Below are positions 1 to 11,172 of a stretch of DNA of 20,000 nt, one piece after another; the stretch's first letter is position 1; each line of letters opens with the position of its first letter. The DNA is from Vicugna vicugna (taxonomy: Eukaryota): the NCBI GenBank assembly GCA_013265495.1, contig MU058423.1:4281555-4301554 (forward strand), written 5' to 3'. The translations under genes and the position numbers were made by a program. Below the pieces are notes generated by a model. That model worked only from the letters and a program-made list of their open reading frames with translations. It did not search any database and was not told where the DNA came from.

Positions 1-23
1 TGTTCCCATCTGCTCGCTGACAA

Positions 24-54
24 TACTAACTGCGTGTGGATTTTTTTTACTCAG
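24..54 (+). other. Candidate branch point, polypyrimidine tract and 3' splice acceptor
   Basis: TACTAAC at 24-30, T-run at 41-48, then ACTCAG|G with AG at 53-54. Motif evidence only. Confidence 0.35.
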
Positions 55-1271
55 GAATAAAGACAGGAGGGCTTAACCTTTCCACAACAAGAATGCAGGA
101 AGCCGCATCACAGATTATGGGCCATAACAGACACCTGTGCAAACCCCCACAGAGGATTATGGCTAGGATTTTCAAACTGGTGAAGGCCACAGAGGTCAAG
201 AAGACCAAGTTTCTAGGAAGGAGCCAATAAAATTCTCAGGCCACAAGCCACTGAAATGGATTCCTATACAGCAACCTAAGTCATTATTTTGCACGAACTG
301 AAGAAGAAATATTCACAGAATCGAGTGGGTTCAAAAGTGACTACCTACATAAAAACACCACAGTGAGCTGACACTACTGTAACTGGTAGAGCAATTGCTT
401 TTTAAATTTTGTTTTCTTAAAAAATATCATTTAAAAATCTTTGGCACACACAAAAATTTTTTTTTAATCTTTGGTACAGTCTTTTGTCTTACAGGCTCAA
501 AATAGGCCAGAACACAGACAGTTAAATGTTAATAGCACAAAGCTGAAGTAGGGGCCATCAGCAGTTTAAGCAACTTGATAGAAATAAAGTGAGCGAAGTA
601 CCAGGCAGGTGGGAATACTGAGTCCTGACACCACCTTGCATTGTGAGAATTAGACTGGGCATTTCTAATTCTGAAAGATCTGACTTGATTCTCAAAACTG
701 ATTCCTTTCTCCCTCACACGAGAAAGCAAGTCTAAGATTCGCTTGAAGTCCATCTTCTGAAAACCACCAGCTTTAAGAGAGTATGGGGAGACCAAAGCAG
801 CCTCTGTTGAAGGGATCACTGCACCATGAGAGGCACAAAGAGCTCTTCTTCAAGTGACACTCAAAGGTGATTGGTTTTTGGTGAGTCTGTTCTGATTTCC
901 CAAACTCATTTCTTCCAAACTCCTCTCTTCCTAGTTCCCTAGCTGTTTACTAGGTACCATTGCTATTTTCAAAACATTGTGAAAAACACAGAAATAATAC
1001 ATCTAAATGTTCACCATTTAGTAATGAGGGTTAGATCTACACAAGCCAACAATCACATGTTTCTCAAATCGGTTCCTCATGGTCTTAGAGCATCAGGTGT
1101 CCTTGAGGGTAAACAGAGTCACTAACAACCCTGTGCAACTTCCTGGGGTTTCACCTCTTGGTACATAATTAAATATATTTTTATATTAAAAACAAATAAA
1201 CATTTTATGGAGTAAAATGCAAAAAAAACCCCACTGTGGAACATTTTTAGAAAAAAAAAAACCACAGAGAC

Positions 1272-1488
1272 ATTTCATGCTGGGGGCAGATTTGGAGGTA
1301 GGTGTCAAAACCCCCTGAACAAGAGTGTGAAGGAGGAGGAGTCTGGGGGGCTCGACTGGGTGGTAACTTATTCCTTTCCACCACCTTTCCTGCATATGAC
1401 ACTTCGTCCAAACCATCCAGGAGTGGCTGCAGCACCACTGGCCTTATCAAGACTGAGAACTGTAAATTAAACTGCCCCAGCATCAAAT
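1272..1488. other. Nested imperfect inverted repeats (potential multibranch secondary structure), origin unknown
   Basis: 1272-1289 pairs with 1472-1488 (16 bp). 1291-1307 pairs with 1397-1412 (15 bp). Three smaller compatible stems lie inside. All paired by hand. Confidence 0.6.
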
Positions 1489-1630
1489 TCCAGCCTGAAA
1501 ATATTTGCTGCTCTCCACCCCTATGGTAATCCAGGTGGCATTCTCCATACACCAAAATCTCCGTATTTAAAAAAAAAGTAGATTTGTCATCCTCCTTCCC
1601 TCAAGTCATAATATGTACTATGTATTGCAA

Positions 1631-1794
1631 CAGTATGTAAATTTGAAGGTGCGTAAGAAACACCTGGTGAGTCCAGTCCCACCCATCAGGAATTCTGCTT
1701 CAATAGACCGAGTTGGACCCAGGAGCCTAATTTTACAAGTACTCTAGCTGATTCTGATGCAGATACCCTCTAGGCCACACTCTGATAAACACTG
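1631..1794. mobile_element. MER5A-like hAT-Charlie MITE, internally deleted
   Basis: CAGT... start, AGAAACACCTGG, TGATTCTGATGCAG and terminal CCACACTCTGATAAACACTG resemble the MER5A consensus. Confidence 0.75.
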
Positions 1795-1796
1795 GT

Positions 1797-2045
1797 GTAT
1801 TATTTATTAAGAACCGAGGCTCTGGGTTAGATCTGCCTATGTTTGAACTCCAGCTCTACCTCTTAGCTATTATGTAATTTTGGACAAAATACAGGACTTT
1901 TTGAGCCTTGATTTCTTCTTCTTTAAATTCAATATACTAATATGTACTCCATGATGTTAATTTGAGATAAAATTACATCATGCATGCTCAGTGTTTGGCA
2001 TCTCCTTGGCATGCAGTGAGAGTGCTCAATAATTAGTAGCTAGTA
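1797..2045 (+). mobile_element. MIR SINE, near full length
   Basis: GGCTCTGGGTTAGATCTGCCTATGTTTGAACTCCAGCTCTACC head, degenerate core, and GTGCTCAATAATTAGTAGCTA tail. Confidence 0.85.
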
Positions 2046-2054
2046 ATTAAACAT

Positions 2055-2700
2055 GCTCCTCCCTCCTGTATTCCTTGACTCTGAGAATGACACCAAATTC
2101 TTCCATTTCCCATGCAAGAAACCTGGGAGTCACTTTCTATTTTTTTCGTTTTCTTCAATCTGTTCACCAACCAAGTTCTCTAGATGCAACCCATCACCAC
2201 AGCTTTGTTCACACTGCCAATGCTTTCTTTAGTTATTTAACATTTTAAATATTTTTAAAAATATTTTTTCCTGAACTACTGTAATAGCATCTTAAATGTT
2301 ATCTCTCCATATTTCATTGTCCTTTTTAAAACTATTCTCTACATAGCTGCTACAGTAATCTTTCTAGAATCCAAGTCTAACTTTATCATACCCCCTCTTA
2401 AAGCTCTTTAATGGATTTCCCATTACCTTCATGAGTACAATTCAAATTCCTTAGCATAGCTTGTAAGATCCTTCAAGATCTGGCCCCTGTATTTTTTATT
2501 TTTTTATTGACTCATGTTCACACCTTATGAGCCAGTTATACCAACTTATGAGTGTATTTGTATATACAGTGGCCCATGTGCATTATTATTCACATATTAA
2601 ATTCAAATTATTTATTTTTATGTCTCTTCCAGTAGAGTTCTTTGAGAAGAATTGGCATGTAACAAGTGTGCAACAAAAATTTATGGGTCTAAAGAAAGAA
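2055..2700 (+). mobile_element. L2 LINE 3' fragment
   Basis: AAACCTGGGAGTCA, CTGAACTACTGTAATAGC, CAAATTCCTTAGCATAGC...GATCTGGCCCCTG are collinear with the L2 3' region. A degenerate tail lies near 2650-2700. Confidence 0.8.
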
Positions 2701-3442
2701 AAGCAGAAAGATTGAAAGACAGGAAGGAAATAGGCTAAATTAAGTAGATTTAAAGTACGGATTAAGGTGGGAAGGATTTGCCCATAGGTTGGTGATTGGG
2801 GATCAAACAGATAACCAAGCTTAAAGAACTTCCTAGCTCCCTAAGTTTTAGATGGAATTTGTTTGATGTAATTCACTGCATAAAAAAACAAAAACAAAGA
2901 GTCCAGCTCCAAGTGCAGAGTGCCTATGTGTGTGATTGATACATTTCCAGGGACTTCTGGTGAGGTTGGAGGACAAAGACAAATGGCATGAGCTGCAATC
3001 ATGTCCCAGTTCTTTCCTGGTGTTCATCTGATCTTCATTTTTCTCCACAGTCACAGTGGTACTTCTTTTAGTGGCTTTAGATCTGAAGATCTCTTTTCCT
3101 CATCCCACCTTGCCTTACTTATCCAACCCATAGAATCCTTCTGAGTTTACATAAGTAGCTGAATACCGAAGGTTTGATTTATTCTTGGACAATATGGAGA
3201 ACTAAATAAAACTGAGGAAAGAAGCAGCAAATGAGGTGGTTGTAATTTTTAAATGCCCAGGAGTGGCAGTACCTCAGTAGTGCAAATCCTTGAAAAAGTG
3301 TTAAGATGTGTAAGGTGGAAACAGGTGGAGAACAAGAAAGCACACATATTTTTTTGAAGAAGAGGGAAGTGGTCTTTATTTATTGCGCTACAGCTAAAAT
3401 GGCTCTCCTAATTACAGAGATCCTGGACATTCTACCTGGGTC

Positions 3443-3610
3443 CAGAGGCTGATTCATCAAGGAACTAATGAAGCTTATATCTCAGGGCCACTCAATTACA
3501 CAAGCTGCTTCTCATGCCTGGTACTAATTCTGTGTGTGTGTGTTTGTGTTTTAAAAGAGGGTCCCAGAACTGCATAGGCTCTAGGATCTTAAAACCTGGT
3601 CTTGCCACTG
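3443..3610. mobile_element. MER69A/Arthur1-like hAT-Tip100 MITE
   Basis: CAGAGGC...AACTAATGAAGCTT...CAGGGCC...AAAACCTGG...GCCACTG. Flanking 8-mers CCTGGGTC (3435-3442) and TCTGGGAC (3611-3618) match 6/8, as expected for a decayed TSD. Confidence 0.75.
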
Positions 3611-4269
3611 TCTGGGACACAGGCAGTACATTTTAGGTCCTGCTGAACTAAAACTATTCTTCCTTCTTCATTTCTATTCTTTCTTTTCATTTCCCTTTCC
3701 CCCTCCAAATGTTCTATTCTCAGCATTTCTAACCTTGAAATGCATTTTCTCTAAATATAATTTTTTTCTTGCCCAAGTTTAAACCATATATATACATATA
3801 TACTTGCTTCATATTATATTTATATCTAAATATAAAATATTGATATAATATACCAATGTTGATTATATTTATAATATACCAATATTTCATTAAAATGTGA
3901 ATGTATTTTATTCAGATCAACAGATACATAAGTCCCTTGGTGTATTACCAACAGTAAATATAATCTTCATTTATTTGCAAGGCTGGAGTGGCTGTTAGTT
4001 TACTAGATCCACCATCAGCAACCAAAGCAAATTAAATAACAAAAAATATTAAGCAACTATCATTGCTAAGCATTATGTTAGATTAGTTTATAATAAGGTT
4101 GATTCTTTTCAGCTATAATGTAGCAACAAGACAAAATTGGATAGATGTATTACTTTGAAAGTAAGAACATTTATTATACAGGGCTATTTTGAGTAGGTTA
4201 AATAGAAATTAATTGTCTAATTCACAGAACATTTATGCAACATTTATTGTTAAAAAGAGGTATAAAAGA

Positions 4270-4710
4270 AAGTCATTATGAAAGCTTTAGAGAAGGCACA
4301 GTCGGCTTTCAAAGATGTCTCAGTTTTGCATAGGTGAAGAAGACATATTCTTTTTGGAATGGAGAAAGGATCAATGATCATTGAACACCTTTTGTGGTTA
4401 GGAATTGTGAGAGGGGCTTTATATTTGTCATCTCATCCTAACAATTCCCTATGATGCAAGTATTATTCTAATTTTACAGATGAAGAAACTAAGGTTCAGA
4501 TGTGTCATGGAACCTATTCAAGCTAATATCTGTAAATATGAAAATGAACTCAATGTTTGATAGGCCAGGGCATGGTCTGTGAGCTAATGGGAGATACATT
4601 TAAATATACAATGTGAAATTGATTTTAGAGAGCAATGAAAGCTGGGTAGAAGTGTGCAGGTTTGATTAACTGGAAAACAGAAAGCCATTGGTGGTTTTCA
4701 CAGCAGGTGT
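4270..4710 (-). mobile_element. Degraded L2 fragment interrupted by a MIR
   Basis: Weak similarity on both sides of the MIR, e.g. AAAGCCATTGGTGGTTTTCACAGCAGG resembles the antisense L2 motif GAGCCATTGAAGGGTTTTAAGCAGG. Confidence 0.4.
4378..4505 (-). mobile_element. MIR SINE fragment
   Basis: Antisense MIR core ATTTTACAGATGAAGAAACTAAGGTTCAGA, preceded by ACAATTCCCTATGA. Confidence 0.8.
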
Positions 4711-4869
4711 CCCACCAGCTTTCTTCGCTGGTTTTCCTGATTCCTTTCTAGAGAAAACAAAAGGATCAAGTTGAGCCCAATATTAGGACTAATCTCATTC
4801 AAGTCATGAAGAAGAATTAAAAAGTAAGATTCAGTCAGAATTCTAGGAGTGGGCATACAAATAATCCTG

Positions 4870-4955
4870 GACGTATCTTATTCTTCTTTACATCCAGCAC
4901 AATCCCTGGTACACAGCAGATACTCAATAAATGATGAGCAGACAAATGAATAAAG
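4870..4955 (+). mobile_element. L2 3' terminal fragment
   Basis: CAGCACAATCCCTGGTACACAGCAGATACTCAATAAATGATG...AATGAATAAA resembles the L2 tail. Confidence 0.65.
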
Positions 4956-5299
4956 AAAAGTAAGTTTTCTGTAATTAGCTTTTCCATTTAATAAGATAAT
5001 AAAGATTCTCAAAAATTAAAGGAGCAATTCTCTGTCTTCTAATGTCTTCAACTCTCTACATGCTGCATGATTGCTTCTAGAACATCAGGCAGAGAAGACT
5101 TTTTATTTAGAGAGACTGCCTAAATCTCAAATATTAGTTCATACTTCACTTCCAAACCAAGAGATCTCATTGTGAAGCCAGAAGGGTCCAGAACTGACCT
5201 ACAGTTAGGTGAGTCTATTTCCACTGAAGTCTAGGACAGGGACTGAGACATCCTGAGGGACAGTGGAATGTCATGGTAACTGCAGTGCAGGATATGATG

Positions 5300-5500
5300 A
5301 AAGGGGAAATAGATGAGGTAGGGAAGCAAGCTAGGAGGTAGCTTTAATAATCTAGGTGTGAGAACAGGGAGTTGGACTAAAGTAAATAGAAAGATGATGA
5401 AAGAGTCAGCAGGAATTAGATTGATTGGAAGTGGAGAATAAAGGAGAAGAAAGAATCAACGGTGACAACAAAGTTTAATTCCTGGAAGAGAGTAAAACTG
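5300..5500 (-). mobile_element. L2 fragment
   Basis: TAGGAGGTAGCTTTAATAATCTAGGTGTGAGA and GATTGATTGGAAGTGGAGAATAAAGGAGAAGAAAGAATCAACGGTGAC match antisense L2. Confidence 0.7.
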
Positions 5501-5699
5501 TTGGTAATGAGGTCTCAGTCTGCAACTAGTATACGATTGAGACTCTGTTATTGCCTATACCAGCAGAGTTCGCAAAATGTTAGGTTGGTAGCCAGTGTAA
5601 CTGAAAATCAAAAAAAAAAAATGCCATAGAGATTTAATTCACAATGTACAACAAAATGTTTTTAGGTTCTCCATCTTCATTTCTCTCCAAATATCTCAC

Positions 5700-5895
5700 A
5701 TGTCATAATTACTGACCTCCAAATCCTTCCTACTTCACTCCAAGCTCCCATTAACTTGGTCTCAAACTTGGCTTGCCTACGCTTCCTTATCTCTCTTGGT
5801 TTCTCCCCATTCCTCTCTTTATCTCCTTTTAGTCACTACCTGCCTATTTCATTACAAACCCAGCTGGGCTCTCTGGTTTCTTCAAACATCCTCCT
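5700..5895 (+). mobile_element. Possible degraded L2 fragment
   Basis: Pyrimidine-rich, with GCTCCCATT...TCAAACTT and GTTTCTTCAAACA in L2 order. Similarity is weak. Confidence 0.35.
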
Positions 5896-6324
5896 TACAC
5901 ATTACTCTAATTTAAAAAACAAAGGCCCAAGAGCCTGGAGGTCAAAACACAATCCTTAGGAGCCAATAAGTTGTGATGAATAGCCTTAAGAAGCTGAGTG
6001 GACCCAGTCATGTTTCCAACAAGAAACTAGAGCTGGGAACTGCAACCCAAGGAACGAACAAGGTATGATACCCCCCCACCAAAGGAGTCACAGAAGAGGG
6101 GAGGCCAACACCAAAGGAAGTGGGATGAACCTGAGTGGAAGTGTTAGACAGTAAACAGAAACCAGTAAAAATAGGAGCAGGTTAGGAATATGTTAAAGAT
6201 AAGTCTCGTGAGCTGCATACCAGTGATGACTGGGGGTATCAGTGTGGGACAAAGATGGAACCATTATTTTCAAGCCTGGACGACTGGAACAAATGGTTAT
6301 TCTATCAAGGACTCTCAGCCTCTC

Positions 6325-6545
6325 CTGTGGTGAAGAAGAGCACAGAACTATCTTTCTCGGGATTTACCTCCCAACATCTTTATGTCTCTGTTTTCTCTTC
6401 TATGTAGTGGAAATAATAATGATACACTTTCATAGTATTTTTGTGAGGATTAAATTAGCTAATATGTAAAAAAAAGAAGAAAAAAAAAGCTTAATATGGT
6501 GCCTGGCACATAGTAAGACCTCAGTAAATGTTAGCAATTACTATT
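6325..6545 (+). mobile_element. MIR SINE with an internal A-rich expansion
   Basis: TTGTGAGGATTAAATTAGCTAATATGTAAA and GTGCCTGGCACATAGTAAGACCTCAGTAAATGTTAGC. Confidence 0.85.
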
Positions 6546-6974
6546 ATCATGATCACTGTCATCACTATCATTGCTATTCCTGTCTGTGGCCTTTCCAACT
6601 AGTCCTCTCATAAAAGCCTCCTTTACAGAGTCCAGTGTTTCCACCAAATAGGTCAATACTCATTCTTCAAAGTGGACTAATAAAATGGAGGTGTGAAGTT
6701 AATCTCTTCATTGAATACATAGAACACGTCAATCTCTTGGAAATCCAAATGCAAAAGCACTCCTATTATTTATGATGTAACCATACAAGTTCTCAGGGTG
6801 CCCTTTGTGGACAAATATAAAACATCCCCAGATGGCTCTTACTGAACACCCTATTTATCTCTTAGGATCAAATCTGTTATAGTAGCTATGGCCAATCTAG
6901 GAAAAAAAACCCACAATCCTCCCACCCTGCCAGCCAACTCAGAATTCAGTGTAATTAAAATCCAGATGGGAAGA

Positions 6975-7120
6975 GATCAAACCTGAGACTGAAATCATAC
7001 TTCTGAATTTATGAGCAAAGTGAACTCAGAGAAATTATCTAACTTTTCTGGTCATCTGTATGCTCAAGTATATAACAGAGACTATATCTCCCTCTCAGGT
7101 AAAAATTAAAGTAGCTGATA
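6975..7120 (+). mobile_element. Highly degraded MIR-like fragment
   Basis: GTGAACTCAGAGAAATTATCTAACTTTTCTG...CATCTGTA resembles the MIR core. Confidence 0.4.
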
Positions 7121-7242
7121 TATTAAAAAAAAGAAAAGAAAAGAAAAGAAAAACCACACTTAACACAAAAACTGAAATAGAGTTGGAAATTCAGATTCAT
7201 TTTCTTCCACTTCCTTTCTCTTTTCCTTTTAATAGTTCACAC

Positions 7243-7534
7243 CCATGTTTTCCAATATGGTAACCACAAGCTACATGTGGTTATTAGACACTTGAAATGT
7301 AGCTAGTCTGAAATGAGTGTGATGTAAGTATAAATTACATGTTATTTTTCAAAGATTTGATACAAAGAGAGAAGAATGTAAATACCTCATCAGTAACTTT
7401 ATACTGATACATGTTGAAATGATAATATTTTGGATATACTTGGTAGATAGAATTACTTTAACCTATTTCTTTTTATCTTTGTTACACTGAAAATTACTTA
7501 TATGGATATCTTATATTTCTCTTGGGCAATACTA
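7243..7534. mobile_element. MER33 hAT-Charlie MITE, near full length
   Basis: TCCAATATGGTAACCACAAGCTACATGTGG...CACTTGAAATGTAGCTAGTC...ACATGTTGAAATGATAATATTTTGGATATA. Flanks GTTCACAC (7235-7242) and GTTTAAAC (7535-7542) match 6/8. Confidence 0.9.
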
Positions 7535-7708
7535 GTTTAAACAGTCAACCAGATATGATTAAGGAAACAACTGTCTAGCAAGTGAACATTCATGGTGGTT
7601 CTTCCACATCTTGTAAATTTGATTGAAATGACCTTCACCATCCACACCAATAGGCACTTGAGGTTCTTGATGTGTTTGCTTTGGGCAGGAGCCTAGGAAA
7701 GGGGATAA

Positions 7709-7744
7709 ACATATACACATGCACACACATACACATACACACAC

Positions 7745-7781
<37 letters not shown>
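7709..7781. repeat. Interrupted (CA)n microsatellite
   Basis: Seen directly: CA repeats with TA/TG interruptions. Confidence 0.95.
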
Positions 7782-7783
<2 letters not shown>

Positions 7784-8434
7784 GCAATAATAATAATGAT
7801 AGTGATGATGAAAAAAAGGCATGGAAAACATAGCCTGACTAGCTGGTGAAAACAAAGTTTTAAGATGAGAAATAGAGTGATAAGGAGTCTTTGAAGAATT
7901 GTCTGAGCTTTGTGCTTTTCATGGTTGGGAAGGCCAAAGGGAGAAGAGCCACAAGGACCAAAGAGCTCCCCCAAAATTACATGAAAAGAATATGAACTGG
8001 ATGGTCAAAAAACAAACTGCAACAAGGATATATTTACATGCCTCCAGAAAGGTAATCAGAAATTCCTCAACCACAATATTAATAAGTTATTCCAGAATCT
8101 AGGGGTAGAAGAGGAAGTTACTCTTACTGGAGGAACCTCTTCGGGATCAAACATGTAGGGAATTAACTCCCTTAGAAGAAGGAAGAGTCCATATATTTGG
8201 TCATAGATGTGAATACATCATTTAGTCTGACCTGATTTTATCGGCAGTTTACAACGCACATTTGAATTTATACATATAATTTAGATCACTCTAGATACCT
8301 GAATGTATGTACAGGAGAGACATAAAAATGTAATCTGATCTCCAAGAAAATTTAAAAGCAATTCCTATCCTAGATTTAAAAAAAAATTATTTTGAAAGAC
8401 CAGAAGGGGAAAAAAAAAAAAAGAGTTTGTGATC

Positions 8435-8790
8435 AATAGTGCCAGATACTTGAGAGAAGAAAAGAAATAAGAAAATCTTTTGATTTGTCTTGAAAGTCAT
8501 TGTCAATGACCTTGGAAATACTTGTCACAATAGAGTGTTGAAGTGGAAAGTATTTCAGCAGAGAATGGTGGAATGATAAAGGAAACAGAAGAAGTAGGGA
8601 GGTAGAGTCAGAGTAGCATTGGAGAAGTCTGGAAATGAAAGAAAGGAAAATAGGGTAATAGTTTAAATGGGGAAAAGGATCAAGCAAGGCACTTTTAAGA
8701 CTAATCAGTTCTGATGACAGAGTGCAAATAAATGTAGTGGAAAAGGAAAGGCTAAACATGCTCATGAAAGAAAGGTTAAGTATGGGACTA
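8435..8790 (-). mobile_element. L2 fragment
   Basis: GTCATTGTCAATGACCTTGG, CAATAGAGTG, GAGAAGTCTGGAAATGAAAGAAAGGAAAATAGGGTAATAG match antisense L2. Confidence 0.75.
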
Positions 8791-9819
8791 AGTAGCTGGT
8801 ATCTACATTATGCTTTTGCAAACACAGGACGTATGCACAATGCAAAAAGCTCTCTTATTTATTGGCTAAATCTTTTTAGTTAGTAGCCAGGATTCTCTAT
8901 GACTAAAATTATTGAATAAATGTCTCCTTTGTTCCTCACCTTCTAATTTCATTAATCTGTCGTGGTTAACTCTCACTTAAAGAAGCCAATATAAGGATTG
9001 ATTTTAGGCAATTTCAGATCTTCCTCAATATTCGTTCAGGACCATACTGGCGGAAAATCCACTTGTGTTGAATGGATTGCACTGGTCTACTCAAGTGATA
9101 TCAGAACTGGGAAGTCAGAAGATATTGAATTTTAAATATTAGATTATTTTATATTGGCCTTTGGATCTAATATTAGATATTAAAGTGCAAAATCGCATTG
9201 TCCTTATTGCCAGCTTTCTTTTTTTTTTATCTTGCTGAAGGATCAGTATTGTTTTAGTACAGTATTTGATGGCTCATGAGCCTACAGGGTGAGGGAAAAT
9301 ATTTGTACTGCTTATTGAATGGTGGACAGCCCACGATTTAAAATAAACTTTGCCAAACTTTCAATGCAATAATTTATTAACCTACGATGGCCAGATCATC
9401 TTTTACTACTGGAGTAAAAGAGATATCAAGCAACAACAAGCTAACCTAAAGAAGGGATGAATATGTTAGTGACTCATTCGTGGCATTGCCTTCAAGACAA
9501 AGCATTCTGCCAGGAGAGACTGCCTCTGTAGAGTCTGGTGTGTCAGAAAAAAAAGTAAGCAAAATCAAATGGACAGGATAATTATGAGGAGCCAAACTCA
9601 TAAGACCAAAGTGGGTCAATGCTACTTTGCAACTGTACTATTTTGACATATATTAAGAATAATCAGTATTGAGCAATACTTAAAAAAATATTAAAACCAG
9701 AAACAAAATGTGCAGTTTTGGTTCTCAAATGAAACACAAACATTCGGTTTTTACTGAGTTACAAAAATAGGCCCAATTTTCTTCAGAAGAAATATCTAGT
9801 GGATTTGTTTATAACAACA

Positions 9820-10050
9820 ATAATGATGAAAGTTAATATTTATTGTGAATCTACTGTGGACCAGGACTGTTCTAAGTACTCTATTCCAAATACTTTACAT
9901 ATATTAGATCATTTGATTCTCAAAACAAACTAACCAGTCCTATGAGGAATGTGTTGTTATTATTCTAATTTTGCAGATGAGGAAACAGACAGAAGTGAGC
10001 TAGATGGAGGCTGCACTTCAGATAGTGGCAGAAAGTGGATAGAACCAAAT
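9820..10050 (-). mobile_element. MIR SINE
   Basis: TAATATTTATTG...CCAGGACTGTTCTAAGTACT...CCTATGAGG...ATTTTGCAGATGAGGAAAC. Confidence 0.85.
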
Positions 10051-10697
10051 CTTAGTTGTTGGTTTCTTATGACCAAAACATTGGTACACTACAGTAGCTC
10101 CTGAACAGACCCTAACTGATACTTGACTTTGTTCCAGTCCCTGGCAAGCATATTCTCTGCATAGCAAGAGTTTAAAATATTGTCCTTGAAATGATCAGTT
10201 GCTAGGCAGGTTACAATCGCTGGCTTATCATCAGTGGAGTACAAAGTGGGAACTGGGTCCTAGAAACAAAAAGGCTATCCGAATAGGTGTTCCTACACAT
10301 GGTCAGGACAAAGCGGGAAGAGTTAATTTGTGGCACGTCTCAAATTGTACAGGGTATCTATTTCAAATCCCTTTTACCTAAATCCAGGATTCATCCTAGA
10401 AATTGGAATAAACCTAGGTTGGCAAGTCTTGTCTAAAGCCAAAATACACCAGCTGCATGGATAAGAAGAGAGCTGAGGCCAAGACCCACACGAGGCTTAT
10501 TAAAAACCATACCAGGTTCTGGGTGCAAAGAGGAGGATATGGTCTTAGGAAAGAAGGGAAGAATCAGTGAGATGAAAGGCTTGCAATTCAGAGGTTAGGA
10601 ATTGGTGTCCAGGATCTTTTGGGAATGATATGGGAACTCTACATTAGAGAGATGGCAAACAGCAAGCAAAGGCGATGTTTCGGGAACTGGAACAGAG

Positions 10698-10922
10698 TAG
10701 GATTTTCCAAAGGGGTCTTCAAGGACTGTTTGCCCTGCAGGCACTCGCCTCGTAAGAACTCACTGTGGGATTCTGTGTTAAAGATGAGTAGCCATGTGGC
10801 AAGGAAACCTATTTAATTTTAACCTAGGATTTCTGAAACTTACTTGACAATTTAATCCTTTCTTATACTTATTAAAAGGACGTGGAGCTGGTGTTGCATA
10901 CAGTAGACTTTGGGAAACAGTG
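10698..10922. mobile_element. MER103C-like hAT-Charlie element
   Basis: AAGGAAACCTATTTAATTTTAACC...TTTCTGAAACTTACTTGAC...GACTTTGGGAAACAGTG, with a degenerate opposite TIR at ~10698. Confidence 0.7.
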
Positions 10923-11172
10923 GGGTAGACACAATTAAGAAGAGGGCACAAAGTAGCCTGTCAGGGGAGTTGAAGAAAATATTGGAACATCTCTTTCTAC
11001 TTGCTTTATCTCATGCTTTAAATTATCTTATTTCGATGTTTTATAATGTTTAAAATGTATTAGTGCAGAACATGCATTCCATTTTTACCTAAAAGAGCAT
11101 ACATGTATTGATGGTATATGCTCCCTACTTTTTACTGATGAGGTGCATGTGAAATGAGTTTGGAGACAACCA
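10923..11172. mobile_element. MER112/MER113-like hAT-Charlie element
   Basis: GAAGAAAATATTGGAAC...TTTATCTCAT...TGTTTTATAATGT...TTTTACTGATGAGGTGCATG...AGTTTGGAGAC. The exact subfamily is uncertain. Confidence 0.7.

Noticed and set aside
605..672. Two adjacent small hairpins (GGTGG/CCACC and AGAATTAGA/TCTAATTCT)
   Set aside because: The stems are short and lack H/ACA or C/D boxes in the right positions. Compatible with chance.
1247..1555. Minus-strand 102-aa ORF containing LLDGLDEV, reminiscent of a NACHT Walker B motif
   Set aside because: There is no Walker A or other NACHT context, the start is not ATG, and the frame ends in homopolymer-derived residues. Most likely chance.
3813..3883. Short direct repeats (TATAATATACCAAT twice, ATTATATTTATA twice)
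   Set aside because: AT-rich slippage products. There is no regular repeat-spacer array, so it is not CRISPR-like.
5081..5214. Possible exon bounded by AG acceptors and a TAG|GTGAGT donor
   Set aside because: All three frames contain stops, and there is no other support.
5900..6260. Purine-rich segment that might be an old LTR
   Set aside because: I could not match it to a family or find TG...CA termini with a TSD. It needs a Dfam search.
7559..7974. Two minus-strand ORFs with CV/VC repeats
   Set aside because: They are translations of the (CA)n microsatellite.
8433..8765. 110-aa Leu/Ser-rich minus-strand ORF
   Set aside because: It is a decayed L2 sense-strand frame, not an independent gene.
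9165..9178. Perfect 14-bp palindrome ATCTAATATTAGAT
   Set aside because: Very AT-rich and in low-complexity context, with no supporting features.
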